From a virus (taxonomy: Duplodnaviria; Caudoviricetes): a DNA stretch of 53,806 nucleotides. Made by a program: the position numbers and the translations under genes. The stretch is from the IMG/VR virus record IMGVR_UViG_3300030098_005088, positions 1-53,806 of that record; one strand, given 5' to 3'. Shown here piece after piece: positions 8,560 through 17,457 of this stretch (positions are counted from its first letter, which is position 1; every line of letters begins with the position of its first letter). The notes under the pieces were generated by a model. That model did not search any database. It had not been told where the DNA came from and saw nothing but the letters and a program-made list of their open reading frames with translations.

Positions 8560-8947
8560 ATTCGGAAGAAGGTCAAGAGAGAATCTAGCAAGTTGTCATA
8601 AAGACTTGCAAAAAGTATTTAATGAAGTTATAAAAACAGTCGATTGTTCTGTTATAGAAGGGCATCGAAGCAAAGAAAGACAGAATAAGTTATATGGAGA
8701 AGGAAAGACTAAAGTACGTTACCCAGATGGTAGGCATAATGCTAGCCCTAGTAACGCTGTTGATGTCGTTCCTTACCCTGTGGATTGGAGCGATAGAGAG
8801 CGTTTCCACCTTTTTGCTGGGTTCGTCCTTGGGGTGGCTTCTAGGATGGGTATTACTCTTCGCTGGGGAGGAGACTGGAATATGAATTTTGAGGTAGATG
8901 ATAATAAGTTCGATGACTTTCCTCACTTTGAATTAAGGAATAAATAA
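8552..8947 (+). CDS. Endolysin, peptidase M15 family (L-Ala-D-Glu peptidase-like)
   Basis: EGHRSKERQ, GRHN...AVD, RWGGDW, DFPHFEL; start set at MAKFGRRS. Confidence 0.92.
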   Translation: MAKFGRRSRENLASCHKDLQKVFNEVIKTVDCSVIEGHRSKERQNKLYGEGKTKVRYPDGRHNASPSNAVDVVPYPVDWSDRERFHLFAGFVLGVASRMGITLRWGGDWNMNFEVDDNKFDDFPHFELRNK

Positions 8948-11316
8948 TGGCAAAAAGAACTGATAAAAAAGCTGATAGAGTTCGTCAAATATTTGACAAG
9001 GTAAACTCTAAAACTAGAAAGCAATGGGAATATGTAAACCAAAAAGGATTTGATTTCTCTAATGATAATCAGCTGACAGACGAAGAACATTCTTCTTTAG
9101 AAGAACAAGGCATGCCTACTTTCACTATCAATAGAATCATACCTATAGTGGAAATGTTAAATTTTTACTCTACAGCAAATCAACCTAGATGGCAAGCAGT
9201 TGGAGCTACAGGTGATGACGTAGATGTTGCTGCTGTTTTTTCAGATATAGCAGATTATATATGGTATAATTCAGATGGACAAACATTATATTCAAATGCA
9301 ATTAACGATGCTATAACTAAAAGTATAGGATGGATTTCAGTTAATGTGGATAAATTTGCTGATAATGGAATGGGTGAAGTTAAAATAGAGCAACCAGACC
9401 CATTTGATATATATGTAGACCCTAAGTCTAGAGATATACTATTCAGGGATGCTGCTTTTATTATGATTAGAAAAGTTTTACCTAAGTCTCATTTAGAACA
9501 ATTATTCCCTGAGCATGCATCTAAAATAAAGAAAGCTGGTACTGACAATAACAATGATTACAGTTATACAGAAAAATCTGTAGATAACATGCAGCATGAC
9601 TTTCATTACAAAGACGTTACCGAGTCAGAGGCAGTTAATACAAAAGGGGAGCATGATAAATTAATTGAATTCTTTGAGCTTTATGAAAAAATACAAGTAG
9701 AATATGTCAATGTATTCCACAGAGTACCTGCTGACCCTCAAGCTTTAGAAATGGCTAAACAGGAGCAGGCTGTAGCATTAGAGGAGATGCAAAAAGAATT
9801 AGCAGTTCAATTCAAAGAGCAAGTTCAACAATTACAACAAGCTGCTCAGTCTGGAGAAATGATACCAGATAGATTAAAATTAGAAATAGAAAAGCTACAA
9901 AAAGGAATGCAGGATCAAATTGCTCAAGCTCAAATGCAAATGGAAAGCCAATTACAAGCTATGCAGGAAGTTGTAGAAAATGTTATTATTACAAAAAAAG
10001 AATTTGATATAATGAATGAGAGTGAAGACTTTGCTAAAAACTTAGTTAATGCTGTTCCTTTCTTTGATACTAGAATTAAACAAACTTGCGTTGTAGGAGA
10101 TAAGACCTTATATGAATATGTCTATCCTACTGGTTTAAAAGAATATCCGTTAGTTCCAATACATTATAAATGGACAGGTACTCCATTCCCTATGAGTGCA
10201 GTATCTCCGTTAATAGGTAAACAAAGAGAAATTAATAAAGCACATCAAATAATGGTTCATAATGCATCATTAGGAAGTTCTTTAAGATGGATGTATGAAG
10301 AAGGAAGTATTGATACAGATTATTGGGAAAAATATTCTTCAAGTCCTGGTGCTTTATTGCCTAGAAACCCTGGTTCAGAACCACCTACTCCAGTACAACC
10401 TGCTCCTTTATCAAATGCATTCTTTTCAATAACACAGGAAGGAAAGCAAGATATAGAGCATTTAGCTGGTATATATGGTGCAGCACAGGGAGCTCCTGCT
10501 GATCAACATGAAACATATAAAGGTATGTTAGCTATTGATGAATATGGAACTAGAAGAGTTAAATCTTGGATGAAAAATGCAGTTGAACCAGCATTAAAGC
10601 AAATAGGTGAAATAGTGAAAGATTTTTCTCAAGTTGTATATACTGCAAATAAAGTATTTAGAATAATTCAACCTCAGGATGTAAATGGTGAAAAAGAAGT
10701 AGAAATCAATATACCTGTTTACAATGACTTAGGTGAAGCTATTAACATGATGTATGATTATTCAGCTGCAAAATTTGATGTTAGAATTGTAGCTGGGTCT
10801 ACGCTACCTGTTAATAGATGGGCTTACTTAGCCGAGTTAAAAGAATTAATGCAATTAGGAGTTATTGACGATGTAGCGTTATTAGCTGAAGCTGATATAA
10901 GGAATAAAAAAGCTATACTTAAACGTAAAAGTTTATATTCTCAGTTACAAGGTCAATTGCAAGGTATGGAACAGACCTTAAAAGACAAAGAAGGTACTAT
11001 TGAAACTCTAGAAAGACAATTAGTACAAGCTGGTATTAAAGCTAAGGTAGACCAAGCTAATATAGAAGTTCAAAAACGAAAAGAAGAACAAAAAGGTCAA
11101 GTTACAAAAGAAGTTCTGCAGACTCAAGCTGAGCAGAAATTATTAAGAAATGTTATAAATAATGAAGCTCAGTCAGCAAACTCTAGAATGAAAGATAGAG
11201 AGGCAGCTGCAGCAGAGGGAGTTGCTATGAAACAGAAGGAATTAGAGCAACAATTAGAGCTAGAAGCTCAAGAAATATTAAATTCTGTAAATAATCGTTT
11301 GGACAATAACAAGTAA
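8947..11316 (+). CDS. Portal protein (P22-like) with long coiled-coil barrel
   Basis: PTFTINRI, DIYVDPKS, LIGKQREINKA, KFDVRIVAG; size and position after terL. Confidence 0.88.
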   Translation: MAKRTDKKADRVRQIFDKVNSKTRKQWEYVNQKGFDFSNDNQLTDEEHSSLEEQGMPTFTINRIIPIVEMLNFYSTANQPRWQAVGATGDDVDVAAVFSDIADYIWYNSDGQTLYSNAINDAITKSIGWISVNVDKFADNGMGEVKIEQPDPFDIYVDPKSRDILFRDAAFIMIRKVLPKSHLEQLFPEHASKIKKAGTDNNNDYSYTEKSVDNMQHDFHYKDVTESEAVNTKGEHDKLIEFFELYEKIQVEYVNVFHRVPADPQALEMAKQEQAVALEEMQKELAVQFKEQVQQLQQAAQSGEMIPDRLKLEIEKLQKGMQDQIAQAQMQMESQLQAMQEVVENVIITKKEFDIMNESEDFAKNLVNAVPFFDTRIKQTCVVGDKTLYEYVYPTGLKEYPLVPIHYKWTGTPFPMSAVSPLIGKQREINKAHQIMVHNASLGSSLRWMYEEGSIDTDYWEKYSSSPGALLPRNPGSEPPTPVQPAPLSNAFFSITQEGKQDIEHLAGIYGAAQGAPADQHETYKGMLAIDEYGTRRVKSWMKNAVEPALKQIGEIVKDFSQVVYTANKVFRIIQPQDVNGEKEVEINIPVYNDLGEAINMMYDYSAAKFDVRIVAGSTLPVNRWAYLAELKELMQLGVIDDVALLAEADIRNKKAILKRKSLYSQLQGQLQGMEQTLKDKEGTIETLERQLVQAGIKAKVDQANIEVQKRKEEQKGQVTKEVLQTQAEQKLLRNVINNEAQSANSRMKDREAAAAEGVAMKQKELEQQLELEAQEILNSVNNRLDNNK

Positions 11317-11327
11317 AGACGTATATT
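11299..11327 (+). promoter_or_regulatory. Sigma70-like promoter for scaffold/capsid genes
   Basis: TTGGAC-N17-TATATT. Confidence 0.55.
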
Positions 11328-11355
11328 ACAGACATAAATAAGGGAGGAATCTTCA

Positions 11356-12228
11356 ATGGAAGAAGCAACACAAGGTAACCCAAAAGCTGAAAATATGTTT
11401 GGCTCCGAAGGTGGGGACTTTTTCGATGCGCTAGAAGCGGATGTCAACGGCGCTATACAAGACGATGCGCCTCAAATGTCTAATGATGCAAATATGACAG
11501 GCAATAACACGCCTGATCAAGCCCCTAACCAGGCAACACAAAATGCACCAGAAGACGGAGGTGTTGATTGGCAGAAACGGTATCAAGACTCGAGTAGAGA
11601 AGCTCAAAGATTAAACGGCGAGCTTAAAAATTTGAAACCCTTTTTACCCGTTTTAAACGCAATGCGTAATGACTCAGGTCTAGTGGATCATGTCAGGAAT
11701 TACTTAGTAAACGGTGGAGCTCCTACTCCAGGAGTGGCAGGAGGTTTGAATTTACCAGAAGATTTTCAGTTTAATCCTGAAGACTTAGGTGATGCAAACT
11801 CTGATTCATCTAAAGTATTGCAGGCTCAGATAGATGCAGTAGTAAATAAAAAAGTAGGAACAATGCTTAATAAAGAGAAGGCTGCTGCCGTAAAACAGCA
11901 GAAAGCTCAACAAATGAAAGCTCATGAAGTAGATTTTAAAAAGAGGCATAATATGGATGACGCTTCTTTTGAAGATTTAAAGTCTAAAGCTGCAAAGCAT
12001 ATTCTTAGTTTAGATGATATTTATTATATCTTAAATCGTGATAAAACAGCTACTAACGTCGCTAATAACACGAAGAAAGGTATGATGAAACAAATGGAGA
12101 ATGTTAATAATTTGCCTGGTTCAAAGGCAGCTGTTAACAGCCAAGGAACTGCCGAGAAAAGTCCTGAATCTGATGCATTTGACCAGTTATTGAACGTAGA
12201 CCAAGGTAGAGATAATCTATTTGGATAG
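11356..12228 (+). CDS. Capsid scaffolding protein
   Basis: Acidic N-terminus, DWQKRYQDSSREAQRL coiled coil; lies between portal and capsid. Confidence 0.75.
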   Translation: MEEATQGNPKAENMFGSEGGDFFDALEADVNGAIQDDAPQMSNDANMTGNNTPDQAPNQATQNAPEDGGVDWQKRYQDSSREAQRLNGELKNLKPFLPVLNAMRNDSGLVDHVRNYLVNGGAPTPGVAGGLNLPEDFQFNPEDLGDANSDSSKVLQAQIDAVVNKKVGTMLNKEKAAAVKQQKAQQMKAHEVDFKKRHNMDDASFEDLKSKAAKHILSLDDIYYILNRDKTATNVANNTKKGMMKQMENVNNLPGSKAAVNSQGTAEKSPESDAFDQLLNVDQGRDNLFG

Positions 12229-12237
12229 GCGTTTAAG

Positions 12238-12289
12238 CCTCCTTATAGATTATTAACAGTAACAGTTAATTAAAATAGAATAAAGGAGG
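12238..12289 (+). promoter_or_regulatory. Hairpin sequestering the major-capsid ribosome binding site
   Basis: CCTCCTT (12238-12244) pairs with AAGGAGG (12283-12289); inner ATTAAC/GTTAAT stem. Confidence 0.5.
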
Positions 12290-12297
12290 ATGATCAC

Positions 12298-13851
12298 ATG
12301 TCTGATCAATTTTCAGTTCGATATCCTAGTGCTGACCTTACTGTGCCTGATAATTTTGCGGGTAGTATCAATGATGCTACAAGTTTAAAGACGGGTGACA
12401 TAAGAAGGAAGTACAATTTCGGAGATCGATTTAGTGAGCTTGCTATATCACAAGATCCATTTTTTAGATTCTTGTCTATGGTAGGTAAAAATCCCACGGA
12501 TGACCCTCAGTTTAAATATGCTGAGAAACGTGGTATGTGGCATAAGAGATATGCATATGTAATGGGCTTTCATAATGGTACAACTTGGAAGTTTGACGAT
12601 GCAACTCTTAAAGACACATCAAACGCAGCTGTAGCAAAAGGTGGTGTAGTAAAATTATTTATGGCCACAGATTACAGCAACAAAGGTAATATACAAAATA
12701 TTCATGGTCAAGCAACAGGTTCAATTGATGTTGGGGGAACAGCTGCAACAGACCCTATTTTCTTATTACCAGACCAAATAATAAAAGTAAACATGTCAAC
12801 AACAGCTAGTGCTACAGTTGAGGACTACTCTTTATTTAAGATTACAGCAGTAACGGCTGGCCAAACAGCTACAGCTACTACTTGGAATCTTGAAACAGGA
12901 GCAGCTAATGGTTCAGGTACTGTAAATGGTAGTTATGTGGATGCCGTATGTATTAAAGCATCTTCAAAAGATGAGCTTTGTTCTTTTAGAAGCGACAAGC
13001 CTTTAGGTACTGTATATGGATCTAGTGTAGCTGATACATTAGAACCTGGCAGAACTTATGTTGTTGGTAGTGGACACTTAGAAGGTTCTGGATATCCTGA
13101 TACATGGAAAGACCAACCTTATTCTTTCAATCACGGTCAAACTCAAATATGGAAAACTGCTATGGCAATGACTAATACTGCTAGAGCAACTTCATTGAAA
13201 TATGATTCAAATGAGTGGGCTAGAGTTTGGAAAGATAAGTTGATTGAACATAAATGGGATATTGAGCAATCTTTATTGTTTGGTTCTCAAGTTAGTCAAG
13301 GTGATATAAATTACACTCAAGGAGCTATCGACTTTGTTTTAAATAATGGTAATGTATTTAATTTAGATACATCTACTAAAACAGCAGATGACTTCCTAGA
13401 TGATATGTCTAATTATATTGACCCTAGATATAACAATAGTCAAGCGACTGTATTCTTCTGTGATACAGCTACATTTAACTGGTTGCATAAATTAGGCGGA
13501 TACTTTAAGAATAATCTTGAAGTTTCTTCTCAATTTAGATCAGATATGGCTATCACTGGTAAGAAAAAAGTCTTCGGTGTTGATATTACTACAATTTCTA
13601 CTCCTTATGGAGATATGAATGTATCTAGAAATATCCACTTAGATGGCAGTTCTGTTAAGATTGTCGGTCTTAATATGAAATATGCTAGCTGGAGACCTTT
13701 AGTTGGTAACGGTGTCAACAGAGATACTTCTGTTTATGTTGGAGTTCAAACATTAGAAAACAGTGGTATTGACCGTAGAGTTGACTTAATCCTTACAGAG
13801 GCTGGGGCACAGTTTGAAATGCCTGAATGTCATGCTGTATGGAAGAGCTAA
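12298..13851 (+). CDS. Major capsid protein (HK97 fold, DUF5309/SU10-like)
   Basis: GQTQIWKT, EHKWDIEQSLLFG, ITTISTPYGDM, DLILTEAG...PECHA; strong SD; follows scaffold. Confidence 0.88.
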   Translation: MSDQFSVRYPSADLTVPDNFAGSINDATSLKTGDIRRKYNFGDRFSELAISQDPFFRFLSMVGKNPTDDPQFKYAEKRGMWHKRYAYVMGFHNGTTWKFDDATLKDTSNAAVAKGGVVKLFMATDYSNKGNIQNIHGQATGSIDVGGTAATDPIFLLPDQIIKVNMSTTASATVEDYSLFKITAVTAGQTATATTWNLETGAANGSGTVNGSYVDAVCIKASSKDELCSFRSDKPLGTVYGSSVADTLEPGRTYVVGSGHLEGSGYPDTWKDQPYSFNHGQTQIWKTAMAMTNTARATSLKYDSNEWARVWKDKLIEHKWDIEQSLLFGSQVSQGDINYTQGAIDFVLNNGNVFNLDTSTKTADDFLDDMSNYIDPRYNNSQATVFFCDTATFNWLHKLGGYFKNNLEVSSQFRSDMAITGKKKVFGVDITTISTPYGDMNVSRNIHLDGSSVKIVGLNMKYASWRPLVGNGVNRDTSVYVGVQTLENSGIDRRVDLILTEAGAQFEMPECHAVWKS

Positions 13852-13863
13852 TAGGAGGATAAT

Positions 13864-14073
13864 ATGAGTTCAATACATCCAATGCAAGGCAGAAATGCTA
13901 ATATAACTAAGTCTATCACTAAGTTAACAGATAGCACAGGTGGTACTGCAGGTAATGAGTGCAATGACACTACAGCTTCTGTAAAAGATGACTTAGCTAG
14001 CATTATTGCTAAAGTTAACGCTATCCTGGACGCTCTTGAAGCTTACGGGATTACAGACGCCTCTGGCAATTAA
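13864..14073 (+). CDS. Small capsid decoration / head fibre-like protein
   Basis: DDLASIIAKVNAILDALEAYGI motif; directly after the capsid gene. Confidence 0.55.
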   Translation: MSSIHPMQGRNANITKSITKLTDSTGGTAGNECNDTTASVKDDLASIIAKVNAILDALEAYGITDASGN

Positions 14074-14084
14074 GGGGGTAGGTA

Positions 14085-14423
14085 ATGGCAAAAGTTAAAA
14101 AACCTGCTATGCACCAACATGATCAGAATGTAGTTTCTGTGACTGCTGCTGCAACTCCAGGTCCTACTGTAAGTGTACCTGCTGGTTTAGTTAAGGTTAC
14201 AAGTGCTAGTTCAGGCTTTATTACTTTAGCTGATGGTGACTACAATGGGCAAAAAGTACTATTGCATTCTGAAGATACTTCAAATGATACGTCAGTTTTA
14301 GATTCATCTGGAACTGCTATAAAAGGACAAGATCAGATTGACGTCAGTGATGGCGTATGTCTTGTTTGCTATTATTATCATGATGGTGAATCAGGTGCTT
14401 GGTACGGAGTTCTAAGTACATAG
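14085..14423 (+). CDS. Putative virion decoration protein
   Basis: Beta-rich, ITLADGDYNGQK motif; position. Confidence 0.55.
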   Translation: MAKVKKPAMHQHDQNVVSVTAAATPGPTVSVPAGLVKVTSASSGFITLADGDYNGQKVLLHSEDTSNDTSVLDSSGTAIKGQDQIDVSDGVCLVCYYYHDGESGAWYGVLST

Positions 14424-14432
14424 TAAAAAAAT

Positions 14433-14477
14433 GGCAAGGGTCTCCAGGCGGATTCTCTCTCCCTGGGGGCCTGAGCC
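14433..14477 (+). terminator. GC-rich stem-loop after capsid genes (terminator/attenuator/mRNA stabiliser)
   Basis: GGTCTCCAGG/CCTGGGGGCC stem with G-U pairs on +; only a short U run follows. Confidence 0.45.
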
Positions 14478-14493
14478 TTAAAAAGAGAAAATT

Positions 14494-14631
14494 ATGAGTT
14501 TAATGAAAAAGAAAGTAAAGATGCATAGGTGACCTGATAAAGGTACACTGCACCCAGTTGGGGAAAAGCATCATAAAAAGAAAAGTAAACCAATGAGATT
14601 AGGTAATTCTAAATATAGTGAGGGTAAATAA
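14494..14631 (+). pseudogene. Small basic ORF with one in-frame TGA (MSLMKKKVKMHR*PDKGTLHPVGEKHH...EGK)
   Basis: Frame continues 32 codons past TGA 14530-14532 to a TAA overlapping the ATG of the next gene. Confidence 0.45.
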
Positions 14632-16412
14632 TGGCATTTGTAGATGATGTATCTGCATTAACTCAGCATACTTTTGGAGCTTCTACAGTTCCAAGCCAAG
14701 ATGATTTATCATCTATTCTTAAGGTAACAGCAAAAGAGATTTATCAAAGAATAAAAATCATGCAGCCTCTGAGGGTACAGGATTTTCAAAATGAAGTTCT
14801 TGTTACAGCCTCTACGACTTTAAGTTATACTGGGGTAACAGCCTCTGCAGCGACACCCAGTGTGTTTACAAAAACAGGACACTCTCTTCAAAATGGAGAT
14901 TGGGTTACTTTATCTGGTTTTACAGGAACAGCTCCAGAACAAATAAATGGAATAACAGCTCAAGTAGAAAACTCAGCTGCTAATACATTTACCTTAAAAG
15001 GAGTTTATTGTAGTAATGCATTGGCAGATGGCGTAGTAGTAAGGTCTGACTTTGCTAGTAGTTTTACTCCAGATAGTTTGGAGATTCAATACATCTTAAG
15101 GCTTGACCATTCTACAGGTAGATATTATAATGCAACGAAAATGTCTACTGGTCAACTAGCAGGAGTTGAGGATCCTTTAAGTGAGAATTACAGAACTCCT
15201 CAGTTTCCAGGATACGTAGTAAAAGGTGGGTCAATTTGGATATACCCAAGTCCTTCAGCTCAAGATAAAGCTGTAGTTGGATTGGCAGGATTTGATAATA
15301 GTTTAGCATATAACTCTACAGATGTAGCATATTTTCCAAAAGATTTAGAACATGCTTTAGTACTTGGAGCATCTATGAAAACAGCTCAAGCTTTGATATC
15401 AGATGTAATAATAAATGGAATGCCTAATGAAGTGGTAATGCCATCTTTTCCATCTACTCCAGTTTTAAGTAGTCTTAATTATAATGATTTTGCATCAGTT
15501 TCAGTGACAGTACCGCATCCAGCAATGCCAACTGCTCCTGAGTATATTTCTAATTGGGCTAATATTACAGAATTTAGTATAGGGGCAGTAGCTCCTGCAG
15601 CGCCTACTCCACCGACTTTTACTCACTATGATGTTCAACAAGCGGTTATGGCTATTAATTCATTTTTAACTACAGCTCCAGAATTTGATTCTACATCTCT
15701 AAATACAGCTGATGTTGCATCTAAAATTTCTGACGATGATCCAGAATTAGCTGGAATAGAAATACAGAAATTAAGTGCTGATACTAATATACAAGTACAA
15801 GAATTTACAGAGCAAACAACGCAATACCAAGCTGAACTGCAGCTTAAGTTACAAGAACTAAATATATTGGGGCAAAAATATCAAAAGGAATCAGATCAAA
15901 AGTTCAATGCTCAATTACAAGAATTTCAATCAGAGCTATCTATATATCAACAAAATATTACGAGGTATCAAGCGGAAGTTTCAAAAGAAATACAAGAATG
16001 GCAAATAGGTCAGTTGCAAAGATATACTAATCAAATACAAGATAATAGTGCGAAGTTTCAAGAAGAAAACACTAAATATCAAGCAGAAATGCAAAAAATG
16101 CTGCAAACATATCAGGGAGACCTTCAAATAGCAATAAAAAATGGAGACGCTCTTTTTCAACAACGTGCAACAAAAGCAGCGAAAGATTTTGAATCATTAG
16201 TAGCTGGCAATACAGAGAAAATACAGAAATATAGTCAAGAGATTCAAGCTTGGTCTGGAAGAGTATCAGGTTTAGTTGGCAAATATTCAGCTGAAGGTCA
16301 AGTAGCCAATCAAAAGCTACAAGGATATCAAGCTTTATATAAAAACTTGTTAGAGCAATATATGACTGCATTCGTAGCTCCTCAGCCAGCACCTCAAGGA
16401 AATAGAAGATGA
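14631..16412 (+). CDS. Virion protein: probable head-tail adaptor with beta-barrel insertion and Gln-rich coiled coil
   Basis: IWIYPSP...FPKDLEHALVLGAS adaptor-like segment; GHSLQNGDWVTLSG insertion; repeated YQAE units. Confidence 0.6.
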   Translation: MAFVDDVSALTQHTFGASTVPSQDDLSSILKVTAKEIYQRIKIMQPLRVQDFQNEVLVTASTTLSYTGVTASAATPSVFTKTGHSLQNGDWVTLSGFTGTAPEQINGITAQVENSAANTFTLKGVYCSNALADGVVVRSDFASSFTPDSLEIQYILRLDHSTGRYYNATKMSTGQLAGVEDPLSENYRTPQFPGYVVKGGSIWIYPSPSAQDKAVVGLAGFDNSLAYNSTDVAYFPKDLEHALVLGASMKTAQALISDVIINGMPNEVVMPSFPSTPVLSSLNYNDFASVSVTVPHPAMPTAPEYISNWANITEFSIGAVAPAAPTPPTFTHYDVQQAVMAINSFLTTAPEFDSTSLNTADVASKISDDDPELAGIEIQKLSADTNIQVQEFTEQTTQYQAELQLKLQELNILGQKYQKESDQKFNAQLQEFQSELSIYQQNITRYQAEVSKEIQEWQIGQLQRYTNQIQDNSAKFQEENTKYQAEMQKMLQTYQGDLQIAIKNGDALFQQRATKAAKDFESLVAGNTEKIQKYSQEIQAWSGRVSGLVGKYSAEGQVANQKLQGYQALYKNLLEQYMTAFVAPQPAPQGNRR

Positions 16413-16855
16413 AAGCATTAGTAAAAGCAAATATAAGACCTTATGAATTCCATGCTGGTTTATCTAGTAGTGGTTTATTAAATGACCCTGAAGGTAGATG
16501 GTGGCCTGACTCTGATGCAGGCGAATATTCTGGAGAATTTTTAATAACAGGGATAGCATCTATAGAGAGTGGTACTGTTGCGTTAGCTACGGGCAGCAAC
16601 CTTCCTTTAACAGGTACTAATGTACCTACTTATGTTTGGTTAAAGAATGCTGCTCCTAAGATTAATGCTGAAACTGATGTTCGTAGAGTATCCGTACAAA
16701 TTGAGATGAACAGTGGAGAGCCTGTAACTTATTTAACAAATCAACAGGCAGCTTTTTTTAAACTAACATCTCATATTACAGCGTTACCAAATCAATGGGA
16801 TTTTACTGTAGGAGGAGGCAAAGTTCGCTTAGAATATTGCCTAATGTATATATAA
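16409..16855 (+). CDS. Hypothetical virion protein
   Basis: ATGA overlap; beta-rich. Confidence 0.65.
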   Translation: MKALVKANIRPYEFHAGLSSSGLLNDPEGRWWPDSDAGEYSGEFLITGIASIESGTVALATGSNLPLTGTNVPTYVWLKNAAPKINAETDVRRVSVQIEMNSGEPVTYLTNQQAAFFKLTSHITALPNQWDFTVGGGKVRLEYCLMYI

Positions 16856-17448
16856 TGTCTGCTACACCTGATAAAAGAAGAATAGATATAGGACTTAGTA
16901 TAAGGGTTTTTAGCGAGTCTGAAAGCCCAGAGGCTATAGTCCCTTTAGAAGAGTATAGTGAAACTACTCCTAAAAAATACACTGGAACTGTTCATTTTAG
17001 CAGTGGTTCTCAGAGCAGTATATTAAACGAAGTTTTTTCATCAGATGCTGATGGAACTTGGTCAACTAAATGGAACCCAGGTGTTACTTTTGATAACTGC
17101 AATTTAGTTTTCAATAAAGATGAACCAGACCATCCTTCAGGAGAAGGTAAATGTTTTACAGATACAATGGAGGTGAATGAAGATGGTGCTTCTACTCACA
17201 AGATTCCATTTGTTACAGGCACAAGAAGATTAAGGTTTTATGCTTTTTTTGTTAAGAATAATACAGTAAGAGCTAACACCTCAAATACTTTTAATAAATA
17301 TGCTGTTCAAGCTTCAGCTGGTCAATTTGCTATAGTGCCTATGTATAATACTATCAGTACTAGCTTGCAAGCATACTTTTTAAGTTTTGCTAAAGACGGC
17401 TTAAGTAAGCCAATATTTGAATATATAATAGGAACCGAAGCATTGTAA
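16855..17448 (+). CDS. Hypothetical virion protein (start MSATPDK)
   Basis: TAATG coupling at 16855 preferred over the ORF-track start 16795. Confidence 0.65.
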   Translation: MSATPDKRRIDIGLSIRVFSESESPEAIVPLEEYSETTPKKYTGTVHFSSGSQSSILNEVFSSDADGTWSTKWNPGVTFDNCNLVFNKDEPDHPSGEGKCFTDTMEVNEDGASTHKIPFVTGTRRLRFYAFFVKNNTVRANTSNTFNKYAVQASAGQFAIVPMYNTISTSLQAYFLSFAKDGLSKPIFEYIIGTEAL

Positions 17449-17457
17449 GGAGAAAAT

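Noticed and set aside
14810-15030. Segment resembling the 'E1 FCCH' domain, tempting to link to the ubiquitin-like operon
   Set aside because: This small beta-barrel is common in phage structural proteins and has no catalytic role; there is no sequence evidence of a link
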